Source: Bacteroidia bacterium (GTDB taxonomy: Bacteria; Bacteroidota; Bacteroidia; B-17B0; Aurantibacillaceae). From it: a stretch of 64,000 nt of DNA. Positions 53,712-63,169 of this stretch are shown here, piece by piece. Under the pieces are notes generated by a model. It made no database searches, was not told where the DNA came from, and saw nothing but the letters and a program-made list of their open reading frames with translations. The DNA is taken from assembly GCA_044226875.1 (NCBI GenBank), contig JBGAGD010000003.1:294601-358600 (forward strand), in the 5' to 3' direction. The position numbers and the translations under genes were made by a program. Each line of letters opens with the position of its first letter. Within the stretch, counting starts at the first letter, position 1.

Positions 53712-54674
53712 TTATTTTTTTTCCTCTTTCGCTTTCTTCTTAAAATAACGGCGAAGTAAAAAACTATGTTGTAACCCTTCAAGATCTTCGTTAAGGCGTT
53801 TAGAACCTCCTTCAAGATTTTTGATCGTTCCTTTCAGGTTACTCCCGGCTTCTTCGTCTTTAAGTAATACTCCCAAAGGCGTTTTTGGATTTGCTGCCGA
53901 TTGTTTTAATTCTGCAATAAATACTTCAGCCGTATCCGAAATTCTGTTAAGTTGTTCAACTGTTGCTTTTATTGACCTGAAAGTTGTTGTATCAGTAACC
54001 AGGTCGTTAGCCAGGGTACCTTTTTTATTTAATTTGGCACTGTAAGCCGATACCGAGGCTAATAGTGATTCTGCCAAACGCGAGGCGTTCTTTAATGAGT
54101 TGGTCATCTTATCAATATTATCGTAAACGGTTTCATCGTTTACCAGTTTTCCTAAAGTACCATTGCCTTCTGCCAGTTTTTTACTCACAATTTTAAAATC
54201 ATTGGTAATATCCAGCACATTCTTATTATTCTGTTGCAACGTGTTCATAATATCATCACTTGAAATTGTTTTTTCTACCCCCAACGTATCACCGCTCACA
54301 ATTTGCCCGGCAGAGGCCGTGCCACCATATATTACCAAAATTTTGTTTCCTATTAATCCATCGGTGCTTACTTTTACTTTTGCATCTTTACGGATGAATT
54401 CCTGCGAGGCCTCTTCAACATTCATCGTTACTTTTACCTGCGAGGTATTATAAAATTCTACTTTCTTTACCGTTCCGATCTTTACTCCTGAAAACCAGAT
54501 ATTATTGCCTTTTTGCAGGCCATTAACATCATTAAAAAAAGTAGTTATTTTTATTTTTTTTGAAAACGTAGAATGGATATTGCCAATAACCAAAATACCT
54601 GCCGCCAAAAAAGCGATGCCTATAAAAATAAAAAGGCCAACTTTAACCGATCGTTTATTTGATGTTTCGTTCAT
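53712..54674 (-). CDS. MlaD/MCE-family substrate-binding protein
   Basis: N-terminal TM segment, then an MCE domain (FNDVNGLQKGNNIWFSGVKIGTVKKV) and a long helical C-terminus. Confidence 0.8.
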   Translation of the reverse strand: MNETSNKRSVKVGLFIFIGIAFLAAGILVIGNIHSTFSKKIKITTFFNDVNGLQKGNNIWFSGVKIGTVKKVEFYNTSQVKVTMNVEEASQEFIRKDAKVKVSTDGLIGNKILVIYGGTASAGQIVSGDTLGVEKTISSDDIMNTLQQNNKNVLDITNDFKIVSKKLAEGNGTLGKLVNDETVYDNIDKMTNSLKNASRLAESLLASVSAYSAKLNKKGTLANDLVTDTTTFRSIKATVEQLNRISDTAEVFIAELKQSAANPKTPLGVLLKDEEAGSNLKGTIKNLEGGSKRLNEDLEGLQHSFLLRRYFKKKAKEEKK

Positions 54675-54678
54675 AACA

Positions 54679-55452
54679 TTATTTTATAAAATTGTAATTG
54701 TAAAAACTTTTCACGCGTTCGTCATCCGACTCAAACACTTCTTCAAATGTGCCTACCTTAATGAATTTACCATCAAGTAACATAGCAACCCTGTTGCCGG
54801 TTTCTTTAGCGCAGGTTAGGTCGTGCGTAATTATAATTGAGCTTGTATTGTATTTTTTTTGCACGTTATTTATAAGTTCATTTATCTCAATACTGGTGAT
54901 CGGGTCAAGGCCCGAAGTTGGCTCGTCATATAACATAATTTCGGGTTTTAATATAAGTGTGCGTGCAATACCGATACGTTTTTTTTGTCCGCCCGAGAGA
55001 TCGGAAGGCAAAGCCTTTATTTTGTCTTTTAAACCAACCGCATCCAGCACGTCTTCAACGGCTTTATCTACTTCTGCCCTGCTCATTTTTTTAAAATTCA
55101 TGGTTAAGGGAAAAGCAAGATTTTGATATACATTCATACTATCATACAAAGCGCTGTTCTGAAAGGAGAATCCAATTTTTAAACGGAGCTCATCCAGCTC
55201 TTTTGGCGACAATTTATCTACCTCTTTACCCAAAACTTTTACCTCTCCCTTATCGGGTCTTAATAAGCCTACTAAAATTTTTATTAAAACAGATTTACCT
55301 GAGCCCGAACGCCCGAGTACTACAACATTCTCACCTTTAAACACCTCCAGGTTAATATCCTTTAATACGTTCAATTCTCCAAAAGATTTATGTAACCCTT
55401 TAATAGAAATAACGGCTTCCTGCTTGTTGTTTTTATTTGTTTCGCTCTCCAT
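54679..55452 (-). CDS. ABC transporter ATP-binding protein (MlaF-like)
   Basis: Walker A GRSGSGKS, signature LSGGQKKR, Walker B IMLYDEPTSGLD. Confidence 0.9.
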   Translation of the reverse strand: MESETNKNNKQEAVISIKGLHKSFGELNVLKDINLEVFKGENVVVLGRSGSGKSVLIKILVGLLRPDKGEVKVLGKEVDKLSPKELDELRLKIGFSFQNSALYDSMNVYQNLAFPLTMNFKKMSRAEVDKAVEDVLDAVGLKDKIKALPSDLSGGQKKRIGIARTLILKPEIMLYDEPTSGLDPITSIEINELINNVQKKYNTSSIIITHDLTCAKETGNRVAMLLDGKFIKVGTFEEVFESDDERVKSFYNYNFIK

Positions 55453-55453
55453 A

Positions 55454-56248
55454 TTAAAAATAACGGATCCAGTTGCTCATTTGTACAATAACCACCTCTT
55501 CAATAAATACAAGAAACATAGATAACACAACCGCCTGGTTTGCGGCTTTGCCAACCCCCTGGGTACCCTGCGTGGCATTATACCCTTTATAACAACCCAC
55601 CACACCAATAGTAAAACCAAAAGCAATTGATTTTACAACCGAAGTAAATACATCTAAAAAAAGAATGGTTTCGAAACCATGCTCAAAAAAACTGATAAAG
55701 CTGGTAGACTCATGAGCGTTTACATTAATATAAGAACCAAGTAAACCAACAAAACTGCAGTATAAAGAAAGTATGGGTACCGTGATGGTAGTAGCTAAAA
55801 CCCTTGTAACCACCAGGTATTTAAAAGGGTTAATGGCCGAAACTTCCATGGCATCAATTTGTTCGGTAACTCGCATAGAGCCTAACTCTGCACCAATACT
55901 TGAGCCTACCTTACCAGAACATATCAACGCTGTTACCAGCGAACCCAATGCCCTTACAATAGCAATAGAAATCAATGAAGGCAGCCACGAGGTAGCCCCA
56001 AATGATTCTAAAGAAGGACGGGATTGTTTTGTAAATACCAAACCGGTAATAAAACCGGTAAGAGTAATAAGAGGCAATGCTTTTAACCCTATCTCATAAC
56101 ATTGATTAATAACTTCTTTAATATGATAAGGTGGTTTTACAACTTGCCTGAAAAATTTACCCATAAATTTGAACGCATCTGCAACCCCCGAAAAATAATC
56201 GTCCATATTTTTTGAGATCACATACTGTTTTGTTTTTTGAGACTCCAT
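55454..56248 (-). CDS. MlaE-family ABC permease
   Basis: Typical MlaE TM pattern (RVTEQIDAMEVSAINP). Start placed at Met47 (ATG 56248). The longer track ORF runs through a terminator-like hairpin. Confidence 0.85.
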   Translation of the reverse strand: MESQKTKQYVISKNMDDYFSGVADAFKFMGKFFRQVVKPPYHIKEVINQCYEIGLKALPLITLTGFITGLVFTKQSRPSLESFGATSWLPSLISIAIVRALGSLVTALICSGKVGSSIGAELGSMRVTEQIDAMEVSAINPFKYLVVTRVLATTITVPILSLYCSFVGLLGSYINVNAHESTSFISFFEHGFETILFLDVFTSVVKSIAFGFTIGVVGCYKGYNATQGTQGVGKAANQAVVLSMFLVFIEEVVIVQMSNWIRYF

Positions 56249-56355
56249 ATTTTGCAATGAGTTAAACTCATTTGTTAAAAGAAAATATAATGCCACAAGT
56301 TTAACATAAGATCTACCGTTGGTATTGGTCATACATATTATACGGCATAAAAAAC

Positions 56356-56380
56356 AAAACCCCAGAAAGGGGTTTTTTTT
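56356..56380. other. Terminator-like hairpin inside a divergent intergenic region
   Basis: AAAACCCC-agaaa-GGGGTTTT with a T-run on the plus strand and a T-rich tract on the minus strand. Lies between the mlaE start (56248) and the plus-strand gene at 56630. Confidence 0.4.
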
Positions 56381-56629
56381 ACACAATTTTAAATTTTATT
56401 GCCCTGTGAAAAGCAATTTAAAGTTAAGAATTTTACTTTTTAAGAAAATACGTACGGTATACCGAACCTTTTATTTTAACTAATCAAATTTAAACATAGT
56501 TGTAGATGCTTTTGTATTGGGATAGTTATATATTTAATACTGTGTTTTGTTTGCGCTTTTTGATTTTGATTATCAAAAGTCCGCAGATTTAAAGAATTGG
56601 TAAAAAAATTCAAGTCGAAAAATTAAAGA

Positions 56630-57781
56630 ATGAAAAAGCGCGTCTTTTCAATTTTACTTTCCATTATTGTAATACAGTTGTTTTCACAAAGCGATTCTGA
56701 CAAGAAAATTGCTGTTAACGCGAACAATATGTTTTATAGTAACTCAGCAAATAAACCACATCTTGGCGGCCAGATATCTATCTATTCTATTATTAGAGGT
56801 GGATACGGGTTGTCATTGGCATCTGGGTTTGCCTATAATACTTCATGGTGGCAAGCTTCATTGAACGCCTCTTTAAATTTTATGCTGGGAAAAAATAATA
56901 TTGGCAGCTACAAAAGGTGGTCTGATAGGAAGAATATAAAACTAAAAGATAATCCAAATTGGTGGTTGGCTACCATAGCATTTTCACCCATGTTAACTGT
57001 AGGCAGTAAAAAACGCTATCTATATTATGAAGAATTAAATCCAATGTATTTTGGATACTCATCGGTAATTGGCAATAATTTTTTGCATGCATTTACTTTG
57101 GGAACAACTTTTATTACAATGCCAAAAGGCAGAAACTCTAATATTGTTACACCCCGTAACAGGTCTCAACATTTATTATATATGCAAATAAAAAGTGCAG
57201 ATTTTTTATTAAACGTGGTTGAAGACTACCTTGTTTTTACAGAATGGGGTGCATTTCAATTTTTAGCAGATAACCGCGACAGGTATTATACAGGCGGAGG
57301 AAATATTCAGTTTAGAGTAAACCATTTTTACAAAATAAAATTTTATACTGAAACTTATACAGGCACTAGTTATCCCGATTACCTGGATTACCCCGACGTA
57401 GGCTCGCCAGGAAAAAGGCCGTATTTTAGACTTAGGTCTAAAACACTAAGGGAGAAATACGCCTACCAGGACCCGGGACAAAAATCTTTGAATAATTCGC
57501 GAAATTTTTTTGTATTCGAACATCCTTTCAACAATACAAATTCTCTTACAAATAATATAAGCGGGTTTACCAATTTGCAATTCTATTTTGGATGGGCAGG
57601 CGGCCTTGTTAATGGGTTACAACAGCACCTTATCCATAATTCAATGTCGATATCCAGGAATGTTTCATTACGCGATACTAAAGGAAGAAAAGACCAATTG
57701 CATCATTTTGATTACAAAGTTCCTCCTCATGATGCAGGAAGGATGATAATAGGAGCCGGTACAGTAATAAATTCATATTAA
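56630..57781 (+). CDS. Secreted hypothetical protein, outer-membrane beta-barrel-like
   Basis: Signal peptide. Aromatic/Asn-rich with alternating strand patterns. C-terminal ...GAGTVINSY has a terminal aromatic residue. Confidence 0.55.
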   Translation: MKKRVFSILLSIIVIQLFSQSDSDKKIAVNANNMFYSNSANKPHLGGQISIYSIIRGGYGLSLASGFAYNTSWWQASLNASLNFMLGKNNIGSYKRWSDRKNIKLKDNPNWWLATIAFSPMLTVGSKKRYLYYEELNPMYFGYSSVIGNNFLHAFTLGTTFITMPKGRNSNIVTPRNRSQHLLYMQIKSADFLLNVVEDYLVFTEWGAFQFLADNRDRYYTGGGNIQFRVNHFYKIKFYTETYTGTSYPDYLDYPDVGSPGKRPYFRLRSKTLREKYAYQDPGQKSLNNSRNFFVFEHPFNNTNSLTNNISGFTNLQFYFGWAGGLVNGLQQHLIHNSMSISRNVSLRDTKGRKDQLHHFDYKVPPHDAGRMIIGAGTVINSY

Positions 57782-57783
57782 AA

Positions 57784-58944
57784 ATGAAAAATCTTATTAC
57801 ATTTTTTTTATCTGCGTGGTTTGTGTGTTCGCTTTTTATTTGCTTCAGCCAGCAAAAAGAAGGAGATACGTATTATTTAAGATCAAAAAAATTTATTAAA
57901 GAAACTCCACGCTATAAGAAAGATAAAATAAGGTCATGTTTTGGATATTGGGGCATTCGCCAAATCACAGAAAAAGGCTTTGAATACAACACTTCTTTTT
58001 CGTTTGAACACGCGTATGTACTTTATTATTTTGACACACTTAACCCTAATACCAACCTGGGAACATATTACCAATCTGATGCTTTTTATCTGAAAGATCT
58101 TATACCTTTAGCCGAAAAAAACAACTTTTCAAACCCGGCGTTAAATATAGATGGCTGGGGAATTCCGTTTTATTGCAGTATTTATTACTACTCAACTTCA
58201 TCTGTAGGGGCCGACACTATAAGTTTATGTGCACCTAAAATGTGGAAAAAAGGCGACAAAATTGAAGAAAGAAAAATATTTCAATTAAATGACAGCTGTA
58301 CTCTATTAACAAAATTATTTGAATACAAAAAATACAACCCAGATCCGATCCTGATGGGTAGCTACAATCTTGAAATCTATAAACAAAAAGGATTTGAAGA
58401 CTGGTTTAATAAAAGAAAAAAAGAAATTCTGGCAGAGGAATCTTTAAGACGATACAGCAGCCCTTTTAATATTTATTTAGATTCAACAATGTTTTCAAAT
58501 CAAAGTACCGGTTGGGTATATTTTGCAACTAAAGAGAACATTAATAAACTTGAAAGTTATACATTTTATTTCAAGGGCGGCTTATACAACAGTTATTTTA
58601 AAGCGAGAAAGAGATTTGCTTTAGATACGAATCTAAATCTTAAATATCCCATTCTACACCCCTCCAGATGGTTTCATAAAAACCACAAAATTGTACCCAT
58701 TTACGATATAGCAGTATATGATAGTATTTCGAAAAAGAACGGCAAAGGCACAATTATAAACGTGGCGTCAAATGATTTTTTTTACGACCTCTTAGAAAAA
58801 AAGACCATTAAGGACTATGAAAATAATAAAGAATATATATGGGTTAAAATCAACCTGGAACACCAGATAAAAAAACAATTGAACAAAAGACAGGAATATC
58901 TTGAACAGATTGAAAAAAGAAAGAAAAAAAAAGATAAAAAATAA
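57784..58944 (+). CDS. Secreted hypothetical protein with Lys-rich tail
   Basis: Signal/anchor MKNLITFFLSAWFVCSLFICFSQ. C-terminus EKRKKKKDKK. Starts 2 nt after the previous stop. Confidence 0.6.
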   Translation: MKNLITFFLSAWFVCSLFICFSQQKEGDTYYLRSKKFIKETPRYKKDKIRSCFGYWGIRQITEKGFEYNTSFSFEHAYVLYYFDTLNPNTNLGTYYQSDAFYLKDLIPLAEKNNFSNPALNIDGWGIPFYCSIYYYSTSSVGADTISLCAPKMWKKGDKIEERKIFQLNDSCTLLTKLFEYKKYNPDPILMGSYNLEIYKQKGFEDWFNKRKKEILAEESLRRYSSPFNIYLDSTMFSNQSTGWVYFATKENINKLESYTFYFKGGLYNSYFKARKRFALDTNLNLKYPILHPSRWFHKNHKIVPIYDIAVYDSISKKNGKGTIINVASNDFFYDLLEKKTIKDYENNKEYIWVKINLEHQIKKQLNKRQEYLEQIEKRKKKKDKK

Positions 58945-58977
58945 GACTTAATTAAACCATATTGATATAAGTGTGCC

Positions 58978-61719
58978 ATGAAAAAACTATTTTACCTGTT
59001 AACTTTTATGTTTATTATTGCGCAAAGTCGCGGTCAAAATGCTTTACAATCTGCAGAAATAATCCAAAACTTAAAACATCAACCTGCCAGCTTAGACCCT
59101 CTTCTAAAAGAAGTACTAAAGTATGTGGAAACTGTTAAAGGGGCAAAAAAAATCGATCTTTTTAATCCTTTTAATTTTAAATCCGATTTTTTAAAAGGTT
59201 ATATGGATAGTGTATTATCAAAGAGCACTATTATAACAGCAGCATTAAGTAATACCGTTAATATAAATAATTTAAACAATGGAAACATTCTTAAGGACTC
59301 TCTGAGATCAAATGGAATTGATTTAACAGGTACCTTTAATAGTATTATTAAGCAATTAAAAGATACTAATGTCTATCGCCCCAGTAGCCACAAAACCTTT
59401 AAACTACTAATCGATTCGTTATATTCGATGTCGCGTACAAATTTCTCAATTAGAACTTCCTCAACCTCTCCTACTACTATTAAATTTAATTCTTATTTTA
59501 AATCACTTATTGCCGATACTAAAGTAAACCTAAACACCAATAACGTATTTGAAATACAAAGTATAAGCGCTTTAAAAGGCCCAGTCAAATTGCCATCAGA
59601 AAGTGATATTGTAGATGCATTGGCCATATTTTTAGTTAGCAGAGTAAAAGAAGAATCGGTAATTGCTTTTGTTGAACATGTAAATAAAAACATTGATAAG
59701 TTGCAACCACTACCTTGCTTATTTAAAAATACCGTTAAAGAATTAGCCGGATACACTCCCGGCCAGGCCGCCCAATTTGGCTCTATTACCCAAAAAGCAA
59801 TTGCCTTAGACCTCGCGCAAATGCCCGACAATATAGTTGACTGCGGTTTTTGCAATGAGAACAGTACAATTAAAAAGCATAAAGATTTTACAGATTTTTT
59901 TGATGATATAAGTGTTGGCGTTGATTTTATAACCAATATAGGTTATTATGCGGATAAAGAGCCTTCTGATAAAAATTTTAATTATGTATTAAAGCTTCTC
60001 AATTTTGTAAATAAATATTATTCTAATATTCAGCAAAAAGACAGTGCGCAAAATACCTGGATTGGACCCGACTTTATTAATATAGATGAACAGAATGACA
60101 CTATTTTAAAGCTATCGTTAGCATTGATTTATGAAAAAGACAAGCCACTTATTGATACATTATTAAAAACACGGTTTAAGATAAATAATTTAAACGATTT
60201 TTTCTTAAACAAAGTAGCGTTTAAAGATTTTAAAGGCAACTTCAAAGAATTATTTTATAGTTTGCACAGACTGGATAGTTACTGGCAAAGCCATAGGTCA
60301 AATAACAAAGCAATTGTAGATATGACAGTTTATAAACGCAATATCGCGCGGGTATTTGAAGATGTTCATAACCTTATGCATTACCCTAAAGATTCTTTTG
60401 CGCTTAACAATACATTTTATACTACTTACCTGAAAGCCAAAGCAGCGGTGAGTGACCAAAATATACAGGATATAATATTTCATTCGCAGCAACTACTCGA
60501 TCTTTTAAATTGCTATGAGATTAAATTACCTGGATTTAAGTTGCCAAATTTTGATCTAAAAATAAATGGCATTTGTACCGATGGACATTATGCGACAGAA
60601 AAAGAAATTTCTCAATATAAAGGGGATAGCAGTATTAAAATAACCGATTTTAAAAAAGTACATGATTTTTTCACAAACCCACTTTATATGAGTAAGTTAA
60701 GCCAGGACCTAATATGTACAAATACCTTAAACGGCTGCAGATTTTTTAATTGGCATTCCAAAGCTTTTAACTGGGCTTTTAATTCTCATAAAAACAATAT
60801 CCTATCATATAATTATATAGACCCTAGTCAAAACGCAATGATCTATAAATTTCATCCATGGAAGCACCCTTTCATGTTTTCTTTCCATCACCAAGACTGG
60901 AAGTTTGCCGTTAAACTTAACGGGATAAGAAAATTACACCTCCGGCAGCTGGCATTGGATAAAAATCCGAATTTTATGTGTTTTGTCGCAACTGAGAAAA
61001 AATTACAGAATAAAAACTCATATAGCGGTTCGAGAAGAGAGGTTTCAAAATTATTTAATTTTTTTACAGATGTAGCCAAAGCAAAAGATGGCCAGTTAAG
61101 CCAGATAATTGAAAAATATGCAGAACCTGCCCAATCGTACAGAATTAAACGTTATAATCATTTTAGCTGGGACATCAACGCTTATCCGGGTATTTATACA
61201 GGGGTTGAAACCCGCGTGGGTAAAGGCAATCAACCTTATTCCAAAGATAGTATAAGTAATATTGTTTCGGGTATAACAGCTCCTGTTGGCATTAGCTTTT
61301 CGTGGGCCGGCCGTACAAAATACACATGTAACTGGGCCGGTAAATTCCCGGCTTACATCAATAAAAAAGGAAACATAAAATCTTTTAAAGGAAGCAGTTT
61401 TAGTACTTCATTAATTATCCTGGATATTGGCGCTGTAGTATCTTATCGCTTTTCTCACGATACATCAAAAGCATTGCCTAAAACAGTAAATTTTTCGCAG
61501 GTAATTGCACCGGGCTTTTTTTTCGGTTATGGCATCCCGCGTTTGCCTTTAATTATTAATGCAGGTATACAATATACGCCACAATTACGAACATTTAATA
61601 ACGAAGGTGGTAAACTATTTGACACCTATCGAATAGCCATAAGCTTGTGTTACGATATTCCTATTTTAAACATTGCTAATACAACCAAAAAATCACAACG
61701 TGCCATTATTAAAAATTAA
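58978..61719 (+). CDS. Large secreted hypothetical protein (913 aa), beta-rich C-terminus
   Basis: Signal peptide MKKLFYLLTFMFIIAQSRGQ. No recognised domain. The last ~200 aa have amphipathic strand patterns (GISFSWAG, VVSYRF, YRIAISLCYDIPILNI). Confidence 0.6.
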   Translation: MKKLFYLLTFMFIIAQSRGQNALQSAEIIQNLKHQPASLDPLLKEVLKYVETVKGAKKIDLFNPFNFKSDFLKGYMDSVLSKSTIITAALSNTVNINNLNNGNILKDSLRSNGIDLTGTFNSIIKQLKDTNVYRPSSHKTFKLLIDSLYSMSRTNFSIRTSSTSPTTIKFNSYFKSLIADTKVNLNTNNVFEIQSISALKGPVKLPSESDIVDALAIFLVSRVKEESVIAFVEHVNKNIDKLQPLPCLFKNTVKELAGYTPGQAAQFGSITQKAIALDLAQMPDNIVDCGFCNENSTIKKHKDFTDFFDDISVGVDFITNIGYYADKEPSDKNFNYVLKLLNFVNKYYSNIQQKDSAQNTWIGPDFINIDEQNDTILKLSLALIYEKDKPLIDTLLKTRFKINNLNDFFLNKVAFKDFKGNFKELFYSLHRLDSYWQSHRSNNKAIVDMTVYKRNIARVFEDVHNLMHYPKDSFALNNTFYTTYLKAKAAVSDQNIQDIIFHSQQLLDLLNCYEIKLPGFKLPNFDLKINGICTDGHYATEKEISQYKGDSSIKITDFKKVHDFFTNPLYMSKLSQDLICTNTLNGCRFFNWHSKAFNWAFNSHKNNILSYNYIDPSQNAMIYKFHPWKHPFMFSFHHQDWKFAVKLNGIRKLHLRQLALDKNPNFMCFVATEKKLQNKNSYSGSRREVSKLFNFFTDVAKAKDGQLSQIIEKYAEPAQSYRIKRYNHFSWDINAYPGIYTGVETRVGKGNQPYSKDSISNIVSGITAPVGISFSWAGRTKYTCNWAGKFPAYINKKGNIKSFKGSSFSTSLIILDIGAVVSYRFSHDTSKALPKTVNFSQVIAPGFFFGYGIPRLPLIINAGIQYTPQLRTFNNEGGKLFDTYRIAISLCYDIPILNIANTTKKSQRAIIKN

Positions 61720-61723
61720 ACAC

Positions 61724-63145
61724 ATGAAACCAAGAACAATTACCTTATTTTTATTTGTGAGCATTTTTTATAATTATTATGCCCAGAAAAAACCAAAAAC
61801 TGAAATAAAACAATATTTCGTTTATAGCAAACCTGTACTAAAGGTAATGACAGATAACTGGGGAATGTATTTTAAAGAGGATGTTGCCTCAATTCTTGAC
61901 CCCAATTCGAAAAAATATATGTTCGAAATTAAATTAGATAGTTATGGTTGTGTATATCCCGAAAATGAGATCCTGGAGGTAATACCAAAAGAAAGTTTCG
62001 AAGGAAAAAAGAAAAATTATAAGTACCTAACTTCTCATTCTTTCTCCCGGCAATTTTATAATTATAAAAATGCCCTGTTAAAACAAGTGGAGGAAAAAAA
62101 ATTAAATAAAGTTTATTCAGGTTTATTGAATTCGGCATCAGATGATGGTAAAAAAAATACTTTTTTTGATGAATGGGACAAGTATCATACCGGCAAGCTA
62201 ATAACAGATCTGAATAGAAGGATCGAAAATGAAAAGTTCAATAAAGTGGTATTTTTTGTTCATGGCTATAATGTGCCCTATTCCTTAGCTGTTTTACAAG
62301 CAATTACATTATATAAACTTTTAAAAGACACTTTAAAAGCGGATATGGCCCATACATTGCTAATTCCGGTTTACTGGCCAAGCAACAATGCAAAACATAA
62401 GGACCTGGAACAAAAAGATTTTTCAACCAAAAATATTGACTCTTATACAAAAAATGGTAAATTATTTTTAAGTTATAGCAATAGATGTTATTATGCTGCA
62501 ATTACCCTTCGCAAAATCATATCTGCTTTAGATTCTTTAAATAAAGGTATTGACATTAATATAGTTGCCCATAGTCTTGGCGCCACAATAGCTACATCCG
62601 CACTGATAAACACTTATTCTAAATTAGATTATGCTGATAATTCTTCCTTACTTCCTATAGCAGGAAGTGCTGAAAAAATATTGAAAAATGATCTGAAAAA
62701 TATTCCTGAAAATGATGAAATAAATTATGACATACTAAAATATTTTTACAAAACAGCATTGCCAAAAAATAAAGTAAAGGTATTTTTAAGTGCCGCTGCT
62801 ATCCCTGGAGAATTTACTTTTAAAGATGCTGATCCCGAAATAATAAAAAATAAATGCTTTTATGTGACCTTAAACCCAAACGATGAAATGGTTACCAAAA
62901 AACATATTAGGCAAAAAACATTAGGTTTCGAAAATGCTCAGCCATATAACCTAAGTGTTACTTCACTCGGTTGCAACTATAATTGCGACGCAGATATAAC
63001 AAAAGAAAAATATGAGAGCTTAACGGGTAATACAAATTGTTTTAAAATAAAGGTGGCAAGCAGAGAAACAGATCATGATATTTTTACCTATATGCAACAG
63101 CCCGCTTATACATCTTTTTTATTACAATTCTTTAACCACCAATAA
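61724..63145 (+). CDS. Secreted alpha/beta hydrolase (DUF900-like, GxSxG lipase/esterase motif)
   Basis: Signal peptide from the internal ATG 61724. VVFFVHGYNVPY and NIVAHSLGATIATSAL (nucleophile elbow). Later candidate Asp (LNPNDEMV) and His (ETDHDIF). Confidence 0.65.
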   Translation: MKPRTITLFLFVSIFYNYYAQKKPKTEIKQYFVYSKPVLKVMTDNWGMYFKEDVASILDPNSKKYMFEIKLDSYGCVYPENEILEVIPKESFEGKKKNYKYLTSHSFSRQFYNYKNALLKQVEEKKLNKVYSGLLNSASDDGKKNTFFDEWDKYHTGKLITDLNRRIENEKFNKVVFFVHGYNVPYSLAVLQAITLYKLLKDTLKADMAHTLLIPVYWPSNNAKHKDLEQKDFSTKNIDSYTKNGKLFLSYSNRCYYAAITLRKIISALDSLNKGIDINIVAHSLGATIATSALINTYSKLDYADNSSLLPIAGSAEKILKNDLKNIPENDEINYDILKYFYKTALPKNKVKVFLSAAAIPGEFTFKDADPEIIKNKCFYVTLNPNDEMVTKKHIRQKTLGFENAQPYNLSVTSLGCNYNCDADITKEKYESLTGNTNCFKIKVASRETDHDIFTYMQQPAYTSFLLQFFNHQ

Positions 63146-63169
63146 AAAGTAATCTCAAAATTCGCTTTC

